Shown here piece after piece: positions 8,557 to 18,089 of a stretch of DNA of 64,000 bases. Position 1 is the first letter of the stretch; each line of letters begins with the position of its first letter. The notes beneath the pieces were generated by a model that was not told the origin of the DNA, did no database searches, and worked only from the letters and a program-made list of their open reading frames with translations. The position numbers and the translations under genes were made by a program. This DNA is from Candidatus Bathyarchaeota archaeon (GTDB lineage Archaea > Thermoproteota > Bathyarchaeia > Bathyarchaeales > Bathycorpusculaceae): contig CAWHVC010000003.1 in the NCBI GenBank assembly GCA_963832745.1, forward strand, positions 256,001 to 320,000. Reading direction: 5' to 3'.

Positions 8557-9233
8557 CCCCCAAAATTTGCGTGTCCATAAAACCCAAAACCACAATTGAA
8601 GCATGTAGCCTAATCAAGAAAGCTGAAAACGCAAAAGCCGACTTCATTGAGGTCCGCTTTGACAACCTAGAGGAAACCCGCAGGTTTGAAGAAATTTCAA
8701 GCGCAACAAAAATCCCGCTTATTGCCGCAAATAAGCTGCCAAGCGAAGGCGGCAACTTTTCAGGCACCCACAATCAACGTTGGGAAACTTTGGTTTACGC
8801 TGCAAAAAGCGGTTTCCAATATGTCGATTTGGATCTAACAAACCTCAAGCTAAAAGAGAACATTATAGACTTGAAAGAGTTGGGGGTTAAAACTATTGTT
8901 TCATTCCACAGGTTTAGCGACGCTTTTACAGTTCAAGAAATGCAACGCATTTTAAATGAACAAATAAGTAGCGGGGCAGATGTATGCAAAATCATTGGTA
9001 CCGCAAAACAGGTACAAGATAACCTGACTGCACTTAATTTCGTTTCTGAAAACGCGGTTAAAACCAAGCTTGTGTGCTTCTGCATGGGTGAACAGGGCAG
9101 AATTTCGAGGCTTCTTTCGCCAGTTTTTGGGGCATTCTTCACTTTTGCATCTCTGGAAGAAGGTAGCGAGACGGCACCTGGACAAATAAGCATAAAAGAA
9201 ATGAGGACTGCCTACTCTTTATTGAGGCAGTAA
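8553..9233 (+). CDS. aroD: Type I 3-dehydroquinate dehydratase
   Basis: DFIEVRFD, EGG, IVSFH, ADVCKI, MGEQGRISR and TAPGQ. Confidence 0.93.
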   Translation: MTPKICVSIKPKTTIEACSLIKKAENAKADFIEVRFDNLEETRRFEEISSATKIPLIAANKLPSEGGNFSGTHNQRWETLVYAAKSGFQYVDLDLTNLKLKENIIDLKELGVKTIVSFHRFSDAFTVQEMQRILNEQISSGADVCKIIGTAKQVQDNLTALNFVSENAVKTKLVCFCMGEQGRISRLLSPVFGAFFTFASLEEGSETAPGQISIKEMRTAYSLLRQ

Positions 9234-9235
9234 CC

Positions 9236-10093
9236 TTGGCTATTTCCGCTAAAACACGTGTTTGCGCAGTTATCGGTGACCCAATAGAGCATTCGCTAAG
9301 TCCAACAATTCAAAATGCAGCGTTTGACGCGTTGGGGCTTGATTTTGTTTATACAGCTTTCAGGGTGAAGTCGTCTATGGTTGCAAACGCTTTAGCTGGA
9401 GTGCGGGCTCTTGGCATTATCGGTTTGAATGTTACTATGCCGCATAAAGAAGCAATTATACCGCAGTTAGATGGGATAGATGAAACAGCCCAATTCCTAA
9501 ATTCAGTAAACACCATCCACAACAAGGATGGCAAACTGTTCGGGTACAGCACCGACGGCATAGGCGCCCTTAACGCGCTTAAAGAGAACGGTTCTGACCC
9601 AAAGGGTAAACAAGTGCTTATGCTTGGTTCAGGCGGAGCCGCAAGAGCAATTGCGTACACGCTTGTCCAAGAAACAGATGAACTTGTTGTTCTTAACCGA
9701 ACAGTTTCAGAAGCCAAAGAATTAGCGGAAACATTAAAACAAAAATTTAACAAAAAAGTCATTGCAGATTCACTCTCACCAGAAGTAATAAAAGAAAAAA
9801 TCTGCGATTCGGACATTCTGATTAACGCAACTTCTGTCGGGATGAAACCTAACTTAGCCCAAAGTTTAATTGCACAAAACAGCTTAAAATCTGACTTGAC
9901 CGTAATGGACATAGTTTACAATCCAGTTGAAACAAAACTTGTTATCGAAGCCAAAGCTGCGGGTGCCAAGGTAGTAAGCGGCGTAGAAATGTTAATTTAT
10001 CAAGGTGCTGCATCTTTTGAAATCTGGACTGGAAAGCAGGCTCCGGTCCAGGTTATGAGAAAAGCCGCGTTTGAACAGTTAATTAGGATGTAA
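9236..10093 (+). CDS. aroE: Shikimate dehydrogenase
   Basis: GDPIEHSLSP, NVTMPHK, GSGGAARA, NATSVGM and DIVYNP. Confidence 0.95.
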   Translation: MAISAKTRVCAVIGDPIEHSLSPTIQNAAFDALGLDFVYTAFRVKSSMVANALAGVRALGIIGLNVTMPHKEAIIPQLDGIDETAQFLNSVNTIHNKDGKLFGYSTDGIGALNALKENGSDPKGKQVLMLGSGGAARAIAYTLVQETDELVVLNRTVSEAKELAETLKQKFNKKVIADSLSPEVIKEKICDSDILINATSVGMKPNLAQSLIAQNSLKSDLTVMDIVYNPVETKLVIEAKAAGAKVVSGVEMLIYQGAASFEIWTGKQAPVQVMRKAAFEQLIRM

Positions 10094-10099
10094 ATTGTA

Positions 10100-10972
10100 G
10101 TGAAGGGAGAAGCTTTAGCGTTATCTCATGGTGCAGCAACAATCGTTAACGCCATAGCCACTGGTAAAGGGGCAGCATTCGGCGTTGACTTATACACTAA
10201 AGCACAAGTAAAACTAACCAGTGAACCGCAGGTTTTTGAATCCGAAATTACTTCAGACCAAAAAGAGAATCCAGTTTTGATACAAAAAACCGTTCAAGCA
10301 GTCCTCAAATGCTTCGGCAAAGAGAAAGAGTTTGGCGCAAAAGTCAAAACATGGAGCAACATCCCAATTGCTAGAGGACTTAAAAGCAGTAGCACAGCAG
10401 CCAACGCAGTAGCCCTCGCAACCCTTGGCGCTCTTGGCGAGACGCTGGAGGATTTGGAAACTGTAAAGCTGGGTGTACAGGCAGCTTTTGAGGCAAAGGT
10501 TACGGTTACAGGCGCTTTTGATGATGCTTGTGCCTCATTCTTTGGAGGCTTGGTAGTTACAGATAACCTGAACTGCAAACTTGTCAAGCAAGAAACCTTG
10601 ACTGAGGACTATGTAGTTCTGTTTCAGGTGCCCCCCAAAAAAGCCTACACCGTAAACACTGACATCAGCAAGCTTGCAGCGCTTAAGCCGCAGATTGAAG
10701 CAGCATACGACATGACACTGAAAGGTCTCCATTGGGAAGCTTTAACACTTAACGGATTAAGCTACTCGGCTGCTCTTGGTTTTAACTGCAAAGTCGCAGT
10801 TGACGCTTTAGCTGCGGGTGCACGGGCAGCAGGCTTGTGCGGTAAAGGACCAACAATCACTGCCGTCGTCTCCAAAGACCGCATTGAGCAAGTTAGGGCT
10901 GCTTGGCAGGATTATGAAGGGGAAATTTTACAAGCAAGTTTAAACCATGACAAAGCTAAGGTACTCGTATAA
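10100..10972 (+). CDS. aroK: Archaeal (GHMP-family) shikimate kinase
   Basis: TIVNAIATGKGAA, IPIARGLKSSS and VTGAFDDA. Confidence 0.93.
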   Translation: MKGEALALSHGAATIVNAIATGKGAAFGVDLYTKAQVKLTSEPQVFESEITSDQKENPVLIQKTVQAVLKCFGKEKEFGAKVKTWSNIPIARGLKSSSTAANAVALATLGALGETLEDLETVKLGVQAAFEAKVTVTGAFDDACASFFGGLVVTDNLNCKLVKQETLTEDYVVLFQVPPKKAYTVNTDISKLAALKPQIEAAYDMTLKGLHWEALTLNGLSYSAALGFNCKVAVDALAAGARAAGLCGKGPTITAVVSKDRIEQVRAAWQDYEGEILQASLNHDKAKVLV

Positions 10973-12276
10973 TGGTCACCGTAACCGTTAAACCCACAAG
11001 CAAACTTCAAGGCACCCTTTGCGCGCCTTCGTCAAAATCTTACACACAACGTATGCTTATAGCAGCGGCGCTTTCACAAGGTACAGGAAAAGTTTCAAAC
11101 CCGCTTTTGTCAGAAGACACTGAAGCAACTTTTAGGGCTATAACAGCTTTAGGTGCCCAAGTACAAAAAGCAGCAGGTTGCTGGAATGTTCAAGGAGCAG
11201 AAGAGCTCAAAGCAGCCAGCGACTTAATTGATGTAGGCGAATCAGGTGCAACCTTGCGGTTTATGATTCCCATCGCGGCACTGGCGTCTGGGCGTTCAGC
11301 GTTTCTGTTGTCGAGTTCTTTGGAAAAAAGGCCAATTGAGCCGCTTCTTTCCAGCCTAAAACAGCTTGGAGTTAACGCTTATCATAAACAGATTGGGGAC
11401 TTTCCAGTAATCGTGGTGGAAGGGAGCGGCTTAGCTGGAGGAAGAACCAGTATCTCAGGTGATGTCAGTAGCCAATTTATCAGCGGCTTAATGTTTGCTT
11501 GCCCAATGGCTAAGGCTGACACGGAGATAACTGTTACAACACCATTAGAATCCAAAGATTACGTAAAAATGACCCAAGAAGTGCTTGCCCAACATCACGT
11601 TGAAGTGCAAATCAGCGACGATTTCCGCCACATCCACATTCCGGGGAGGCAGATTTTCAAGCAGGTTAACTGCAAAGTACCCGGCGACTTTTCCTCAGCG
11701 GCTTTTCTTTTGGCAGCAGCAGCCATCACCAAGTCAAATGTAAAAATAAACAACCTGACCTACGAGACAGCGCAGGGTGACCGTGCAATTTTGGGTGTTC
11801 TTAAGCATATGGGTGTTGAAGGCAAAGTCTGCGAGGACAGCGTAGAAATTCAAGGCACTGGCGGCTTGCTTAAGGCGGTTGATATTGACGCAAAGAATAT
11901 TCCTGATCTAGTACCGATTTGCACGGTTTTGGCTTGCTATTCTGATGGCGAGTCGAGGATTTTTAATGCTCAGCGTTTGCGGTTTAAGGAGTCTGACCGT
12001 TTAGCCACTGTCCACGAGGAGTTAACAAGAATGGGAGCTGAAATCAGCATGGACGAATCGAGCTTAACTATCAAGGGACCTTGCAAACTACACGGCGCAA
12101 CCATCAACCCGCACAATGACCACCGAATCGCCATGTCCACTGCCGTAGCCGCGCTTCGAGCCACTGACGAAACCATAATTGAAAACGCTGAGTGCGTCAG
12201 AAAGTCTTATCCAGCATTCTACACTGATTTAGAAGCATTAGGAGCGGAAATCGTTGGCGGGAAACTCGTTAGGTAA
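10972..12276 (+). CDS. aroA: EPSP synthase
   Basis: PSSKSYTQR, GESGATLRF, SSQFISGL, RFKESDR and DHRIAM. Confidence 0.96.
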   Translation: MVTVTVKPTSKLQGTLCAPSSKSYTQRMLIAAALSQGTGKVSNPLLSEDTEATFRAITALGAQVQKAAGCWNVQGAEELKAASDLIDVGESGATLRFMIPIAALASGRSAFLLSSSLEKRPIEPLLSSLKQLGVNAYHKQIGDFPVIVVEGSGLAGGRTSISGDVSSQFISGLMFACPMAKADTEITVTTPLESKDYVKMTQEVLAQHHVEVQISDDFRHIHIPGRQIFKQVNCKVPGDFSSAAFLLAAAAITKSNVKINNLTYETAQGDRAILGVLKHMGVEGKVCEDSVEIQGTGGLLKAVDIDAKNIPDLVPICTVLACYSDGESRIFNAQRLRFKESDRLATVHEELTRMGAEISMDESSLTIKGPCKLHGATINPHNDHRIAMSTAVAALRATDETIIENAECVRKSYPAFYTDLEALGAEIVGGKLVR

Positions 12277-13357
12277 AGAATTCATTGTAACAACGTTTGG
12301 GGAAAGCCACGGCAAAATCGTCGGCGTATTAATCGATGGCTGCCCAGCAGGGCTTGCGCTTTCGGAAGAGGATTTTCAGGAAGAACTTGACCGTAGAATC
12401 CCAGCAGAGCCCAAGATTGTTTCAGCCCGAGTCGAAAAAGACACAGCTAAGATTCTTAGCGGAGTGTTTAACGGCAAAACCACAGGTGCCCCCATAGCAA
12501 TTACAGTAGATAATAAAGAAACCAAATCCAGCGATTACGATGACATTAAGGACTTGCCAAGACCTGGGCACTCAGATTACCCAGCCCGCATAAGGTATGG
12601 CGGCTTTAACGATTACCGAGGCGGCGGAAGATTCTCTGGAAGAGTCACAGTTGCTCTCATACTTGCAGGAGTCATAGCTAAGAAATTGCTCGGCAGATAC
12701 AACATTGACGTTTTAGCCTACACAGCGGCAATAGGCAAAATCAAGTCCGAAACCCGATTTAATGCCTTGGAAATTCGCAAAAACCGCAACGCCGCAGCCA
12801 CGCGATGCCCTGATTTGGCGTGTGCTGAGAAAATGGAGGAAGCAATTGTTGCAGCCAGAAATGCTGGCGATAGTCTGGGCGGGATAGTTGAGTGCGCCGT
12901 GCTTAACATGCCTGTGGGAATTGGGGAACCGTTGTTTGACGCGTTGGACGCCGATTTAGCTAAGGCACTGTTTGGAGTTTCCGCAGTTAAAGGTGTCGAG
13001 TTTGGAGCTGGATTTGCGGCAGCGGAAATGTTGGGTTCCCGAAATAACGATGCATTCAGATTAAAGAATGGGAAAGTTGAGGCAGTGACAGATAACGCTG
13101 GTGGCATCTTGGGCGGCATAAGCAGTGGTATGCCAATCACGATGCGGGTAGCAATTAAACCTACACCATCAATTAGCAAGGAGCAGAAAACCGTTAACCT
13201 ATGTACAATGCAAGACACCACGTTAAGCGTAAAAGGCCGACATGACCCATGCATAGTGCCTAAAGCAGTGCCAGCCATTGAATCCGTGGTCGCTTTAACT
13301 TTGGTTGACCATCTGATTCGCGCAGGCTATGTCCCAAAAATCCTCAAGGAGCAGTAA
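12254..13357 (+). CDS. aroC: Chorismate synthase
   Basis: TFGESHG, PRPGHSD, RGGGRFSGR and GRHDPC. Confidence 0.97.
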   Translation: MAGNSLGKEFIVTTFGESHGKIVGVLIDGCPAGLALSEEDFQEELDRRIPAEPKIVSARVEKDTAKILSGVFNGKTTGAPIAITVDNKETKSSDYDDIKDLPRPGHSDYPARIRYGGFNDYRGGGRFSGRVTVALILAGVIAKKLLGRYNIDVLAYTAAIGKIKSETRFNALEIRKNRNAAATRCPDLACAEKMEEAIVAARNAGDSLGGIVECAVLNMPVGIGEPLFDALDADLAKALFGVSAVKGVEFGAGFAAAEMLGSRNNDAFRLKNGKVEAVTDNAGGILGGISSGMPITMRVAIKPTPSISKEQKTVNLCTMQDTTLSVKGRHDPCIVPKAVPAIESVVALTLVDHLIRAGYVPKILKEQ

Positions 13358-13359
13358 AA

Positions 13360-13620
13360 ATGGAAGATTTGCAGACATTGCGTAAACGTGTCGACGAAAT
13401 TGACGAAAAAATTCTAAAAGCATTAAGTGAACGTGTTGAAGTCTGCAGGCAGATTGGCGAAGTTAAAAAGCAGCAGGGTCTGCCGGTGCGTGACCAATCC
13501 AGAGAAACCAAAGTTTACAGTAAAGTCAAAGAGAAAGCGGCCAATTTTCAGTTGGAACCCTCCCAAATTGAGGCGGTTTACCGCGAAATAGTTAATATGT
13601 GCAGTGCAGTTCAAAAATAG
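13360..13620 (+). CDS. Chorismate mutase (AroQ type)
   Basis: LRKRVDEIDEKILKALSER..IGEVK..PVRDQSRE. Confidence 0.93.
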   Translation: MEDLQTLRKRVDEIDEKILKALSERVEVCRQIGEVKKQQGLPVRDQSRETKVYSKVKEKAANFQLEPSQIEAVYREIVNMCSAVQK

Positions 13621-13651
13621 AAAGTAACTCTTAACGGAGAGTCATCTCACC

Positions 13652-14731
13652 TTGTTGTATGAAATAAATGAGAAAGCACTCAAACTTGAAAGTGAAGGAA
13701 AAAAGATAATCCGACTAAACCTCGGCGACCCAGACATGGCTACGCCCCCTGAAATCGTAGAAGCAGCATACGCTTCAATGAAAGCAGGCAAAACCAAGTA
13801 TTCATCATCTTACGGCGAGCTAAAACTACGTCAAAAAATCGCTGAGTTACACGGCGTTAAAGTAGAAAACGTTGTCATAACACCCGGTTCAAAATGGGCT
13901 ATTTTCAGCACCATGTTCTTAACCATGAAGAACGGCGGCAACGTAATCATCCCAACACCATACTGGACAGCTTACGATTTAATCGCAAAAAGCATCGGCG
14001 CTCAAACCAAACTACTTAAAACAGAAATGGAAACAGGCTGGAAAGTTGACTTAGAAAAACTTGAAAACCTAATTGACAATGAAACAAAAATGATTATCCT
14101 CAACAACCCAAACAATCCAACAAGCAAAGTCATGGATGACGAAACCCTTGACGGCATTGTTGAAATCGCCAACAAAAAAGGCGTCACCATACTCTCTGAC
14201 GAGGTTTACGGTGCAATCGCTTTTAAAAAGACCAAAAGCATCCTTGACTACGACAAAGAATGCAAACACATCCTTTCAAACGGGTTCAGTAAAACCTTTA
14301 CCATGACTGGTTGGCGTATCGGCTACATAGTTGCAAACAAAATGCTCGTTGACAAAGTAACCAAACTAAACCAAATCACCTTCAACAACGTACCAGTCTT
14401 TATTCAAGATGCAGCCATGAAAGGCTTAGAACTCCGCGAACGAATTGCAGAAAACATCAAAGCAAAATACAAACAACGTGCAGACCTTGCAAGCAAAAAA
14501 CTTTCAGCGGCAGGCTTCAAATTCACAACGCCAGAAGCACCATTCTATGTGTTTCCCAAACGTGACGGCTTAGACGGCGACAAATTTACGCTAAACCTGC
14601 TTGACAGCGGCGTAGCAGTTGCTCCAGGTTCAAGCTTTGGCGACTACCATGAACATTTCCGCATAAGCTTAACTGCACCAGACGACCAAATAGAAACAGC
14701 ACTAGACAAAATCGGTGAGGCAGCTCAGTAA
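13652..14731 (+). CDS. Class I PLP-dependent (aromatic/aspartate) aminotransferase
   Basis: NNPNNPT, SDEVY and FSKTFTMTGWRIG. Confidence 0.93.
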   Translation: MLYEINEKALKLESEGKKIIRLNLGDPDMATPPEIVEAAYASMKAGKTKYSSSYGELKLRQKIAELHGVKVENVVITPGSKWAIFSTMFLTMKNGGNVIIPTPYWTAYDLIAKSIGAQTKLLKTEMETGWKVDLEKLENLIDNETKMIILNNPNNPTSKVMDDETLDGIVEIANKKGVTILSDEVYGAIAFKKTKSILDYDKECKHILSNGFSKTFTMTGWRIGYIVANKMLVDKVTKLNQITFNNVPVFIQDAAMKGLELRERIAENIKAKYKQRADLASKKLSAAGFKFTTPEAPFYVFPKRDGLDGDKFTLNLLDSGVAVAPGSSFGDYHEHFRISLTAPDDQIETALDKIGEAAQ

Positions 14732-14733
14732 AA

Positions 14734-15609
14734 ATGAGGACAGCCATTCTTGGCGCGGGAAAGATGGGCGTTTGGTTCGCTCGGTTCTGTAAAGGGAAAG
14801 GCGACACCGTGGTCCTTGCTGACCGTAAAGCTGAGAAACTGGCTAAACTCCGAACTGAGTTGCAAGTTGAAACAACCACAGATTTTGTTGAAGCAGTAAA
14901 GGGCGCCGATAACGTCCTAATCTGCACTTCCATATCTTCTTTTGAAGAAATAATTAAAAAAATCGCTCCTACAACCCATAAGGGGCAAGCAGTCATGGAT
15001 ATTTGCTCTGTTAAAGAGTACCCTGTTAACATTATGCATCAATATATTAAAGACGCAACCGTGCTTGGCACGCACCCAGTTTTTGGTCCAGGCAGCAACG
15101 GCGTAGCCCACAAAGCCTACGTTTTAACGCCTACTAATCCACAAGAAGAAGCCTTCGCGGAACGATACAAACTGTGGCTCGAAAAAGAAGGCGCCAACGT
15201 TTTCATCATGTCACCTCAGAAACATGACGAACTTATGTCTATCATTTTGGGTTTGCCACACTTTGTTGGGTTAGTTGCCTGCGAAACCTTGCTGGAGCAG
15301 TCAAGTTTTGCTGAATCCAAAAAGCTCGCTGGAACCACTTACCGCATGCTTTTAACACTTGCAGAAGCGACCGCACAAGAAACCCCAGACCTTTACGCTA
15401 ACGTACAAACCAAACTGGGAGACTTGGGCAAAATGGAGGAACTCTTCATCGAAAACGCGCAGGCGTGGCTTGATTTGATGAAAAACAAAGATCAGGCGGG
15501 CATTGTTGAGCGCATGGCTAAGCTGCGTGCTAAACTCGACAAAGTAGACGGCGATTACGCGAAAAGCTACCAGACTATGTATAAGATGCTGGAATCCACC
15601 GAGTCTTAA
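14734..15609 (+). CDS. tyrA: Prephenate/arogenate dehydrogenase
   Basis: GAGKMG, DICSVK, GTHPVFGP and HDELMS..GLPH. Confidence 0.93.
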   Translation: MRTAILGAGKMGVWFARFCKGKGDTVVLADRKAEKLAKLRTELQVETTTDFVEAVKGADNVLICTSISSFEEIIKKIAPTTHKGQAVMDICSVKEYPVNIMHQYIKDATVLGTHPVFGPGSNGVAHKAYVLTPTNPQEEAFAERYKLWLEKEGANVFIMSPQKHDELMSIILGLPHFVGLVACETLLEQSSFAESKKLAGTTYRMLLTLAEATAQETPDLYANVQTKLGDLGKMEELFIENAQAWLDLMKNKDQAGIVERMAKLRAKLDKVDGDYAKSYQTMYKMLESTES

Positions 15610-15710
15610 ACGTCATTGCCCTTTTTTCGGTTTAGAAACCGATTTAAAGCTAATCGGGCTCTATTTCTATAGTCAATTTTTTTGACAGTAACAGTTTTGG
15701 GCTGGAATTT

Positions 15711-16724
15711 TTGAAGAAAATAGAGGTTATCGTCAATCAGGAACAGGCAGGTACGGTTGAGAGGGTGTTTAACGAGTTAGGAATCCTCTATTTTTCTTCA
15801 GAAGTAAAAATCAACCTTAAAACTCAAGCGTACTATTCAGCTTCGTTGCCTGATGAGTTTTCTGAAAAAGTCATGAACAAAATTTCTGAAGCGCTAAACC
15901 TTGACGAAAAAGAAAATTTTGTAATGATAAGCGAAATTGAAGGATTTAGTTCAAAATATTTAGATGAACTTGAAGAAAAAGCTGGCAAAGAAGGCTCCAC
16001 CCCAAATCCAACCGAGGCATTGGTAGAAAGAACCGACCGCTATACACACTTAACCAAAGATATTGTAGCCCTAACGCTTCTAACAACCTTGGTGGCGTTG
16101 GCAGGGCTACTTTTGGATAACGTAGTTATTTTAATTGGAGCCATGATATTGGCGCCGCTCATTGGTCCCATAACCGCTTTAGCCATCAACACAAATTTGG
16201 GACGCCCAAAGAAACTGCTTCATAGCCAAACAAACGTACTTGCCCTGTTAGGTATGATTGTTTTGTTATCTGCGTTTACAACTTTTGTCATTGCTCAATT
16301 CGCGACTGTACCCTCAAGCACAATACAAATTGCAATACGAACCCACGTAAGCATCCTAGACGTGTTTATTGCCTTGGTTATTGGTTTTGCTGCGGGGTTA
16401 GCGTTTAGAGTAGAGTTGCCTGAGTATCTTTTCGGGGTAGCCATTGCGGCAGCACTTGTTCCACCTGCAGCCGTTGCGGGCATCGAATTGGCATTCCTTA
16501 ATCAAGCGTCTTTTATGAACGCTTTACTTTTGATGCTTGTCTACACGTTTGGGTTAGAATTTGGTTGTACTTTGACGTTGAGGATTATGGGTGTTTCGCC
16601 GCGTAACTTTTTTGAAAAAAGGGAAGCCAGAAAACCCACACTTTACTCTATCACGTTTCTTGCAGTGCTACTTGCTGTTCTGATTATTTTTATACTGCTA
16701 TCTCCTTTGGGACCAACCAGTTAA
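15711..16724 (+). CDS. TIGR00341/DUF389-family membrane protein
   Basis: IGAMILAPLIGP and GVAIAAALVPPAA motifs; multiple TM segments. Confidence 0.85.
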   Translation: MKKIEVIVNQEQAGTVERVFNELGILYFSSEVKINLKTQAYYSASLPDEFSEKVMNKISEALNLDEKENFVMISEIEGFSSKYLDELEEKAGKEGSTPNPTEALVERTDRYTHLTKDIVALTLLTTLVALAGLLLDNVVILIGAMILAPLIGPITALAINTNLGRPKKLLHSQTNVLALLGMIVLLSAFTTFVIAQFATVPSSTIQIAIRTHVSILDVFIALVIGFAAGLAFRVELPEYLFGVAIAAALVPPAAVAGIELAFLNQASFMNALLLMLVYTFGLEFGCTLTLRIMGVSPRNFFEKREARKPTLYSITFLAVLLAVLIIFILLSPLGPTS

Positions 16725-16844
16725 ACACAACATTAAAAGGAAAAGCAGTTAACCATTAAGTTAGCTCTGCACAGGTTTTTTCAGGCACAAACAAGACGAT
16801 TTTATCAAAAAATCTATTACCTCCCAAACCAACCATTAAGAAAA

Positions 16845-17270
16845 GTGGCGTCTATGGAAAACTGTGCTAAATGCGGAAAAGAACTGGCTTGGAACGAACA
16901 GAAAATGGTTTTCTGGAACAAACAACTCAAGAAAGGCTATATCAGATGGATGGTTCTGGGGTCACCCTATTTTAATAAACAAAAAGATTTTCCACAGTAC
17001 GAGGGCAAAAAGTTGTGTCAAGACTGCGCTATAGACGTTTTCGACGAAGCCATGTCCCAAACCCCCACAGTGCAGATTAAAGGCGAAGATTTTGCGGACC
17101 TCAGAAAAAGCCTTGAAGAAAGCGGAATAGTGGTTTCAGCGTTTAACTGCCCCAAATGCAACGGCATGAATGATATCCCAGAAAAAGGCAAACTTTTAAT
17201 CTGCAAACACTGTGGAGCACCAATCAAACCTAAAGACATTTACGAAAAAATAAAAGAATTAACAAAATAA
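16845..17270 (+). CDS. Hypothetical double zinc-ribbon protein
   Basis: Four CxxC pairs (CAKC, CQDC, CPKC, CKHC). Confidence 0.7.
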   Translation: MASMENCAKCGKELAWNEQKMVFWNKQLKKGYIRWMVLGSPYFNKQKDFPQYEGKKLCQDCAIDVFDEAMSQTPTVQIKGEDFADLRKSLEESGIVVSAFNCPKCNGMNDIPEKGKLLICKHCGAPIKPKDIYEKIKELTK

Positions 17271-17276
17271 CGGTTT

Positions 17277-18089
17277 TTAGATGATTCTTGGGTAAGACCC
17301 TAGAATCTTAACGAAAGTAGCATATTTTTCCAGCGCTTGCAGGGCTTCTGTGCAGCGTTTTTCTGTTCTGTGTCCTTCGAAGTCGAGGTAAAAATTGTAT
17401 TGCCAAGCGGTGGTTTTGGTTGGTCGGGATTCGATGCGTGTTAGGTTAATGTTTCTGGATGCGAATTCGCCTAGGGCATGATATAGGGTTCCGGGCGCGT
17501 GTTTGGCGCTGAAGATTATGCTGGTTTTGTCGTCTCCTGTTGGAGCTGCGTCTTCTTTTGAAAGTACAAGGAAGCGGGTGTAGTTGGATGGGTTGTCGGC
17601 GATGTCTCGGGCTACGATTTTCATGTTGTAGAGGTCTGCGGCTTTTTCGCTGGCGATTGCTGCTGCGTTAAAGAGAGCTTTTTCTTTTATCATTTTCACG
17701 CTGCCAGCGGTGTCGTAAGCTGGAATGATTTCCCATTTGTGCTTTTCAAGGTAACTGCGGCATTGACCAAGCGCTTGAGGATGGGAATAAACTGATTCGA
17801 TGTCTTCAAACTTTGTTTGAGGATTAGCGATTAAGACATGGGCGAGTTTGACGGCGACTTCTCCGCACACTTTAAGGTCATACGCTAAGAAAAGGTCATA
17901 GTTTTGGTTGACGCTACCCTCGATTGAGTTTTCAATCGGCACAACACCATTGGGAACTGCGCCGGTGTTTACGGATTCAAAGACGTCTCGGAAATCCTTA
18001 CAGGGCACAGGCTCTATTTTGCTGCCGAAAAATTTGTAGACAGCCATTTCGCTGTAAGCGCCAGTTTCTCCCTGATAGGTTACTTTCAT
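17277..18089 (-). CDS. pheA: Prephenate dehydratase
   Basis: YQGETGAYSE, PIENSIEGSV, SHPQALGQC, NYTRF and LTRIESRP (ACT domain). Confidence 0.96.
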   Translation of the reverse strand: MKVTYQGETGAYSEMAVYKFFGSKIEPVPCKDFRDVFESVNTGAVPNGVVPIENSIEGSVNQNYDLFLAYDLKVCGEVAVKLAHVLIANPQTKFEDIESVYSHPQALGQCRSYLEKHKWEIIPAYDTAGSVKMIKEKALFNAAAIASEKAADLYNMKIVARDIADNPSNYTRFLVLSKEDAAPTGDDKTSIIFSAKHAPGTLYHALGEFASRNINLTRIESRPTKTTAWQYNFYLDFEGHRTEKRCTEALQALEKYATFVKILGSYPRII

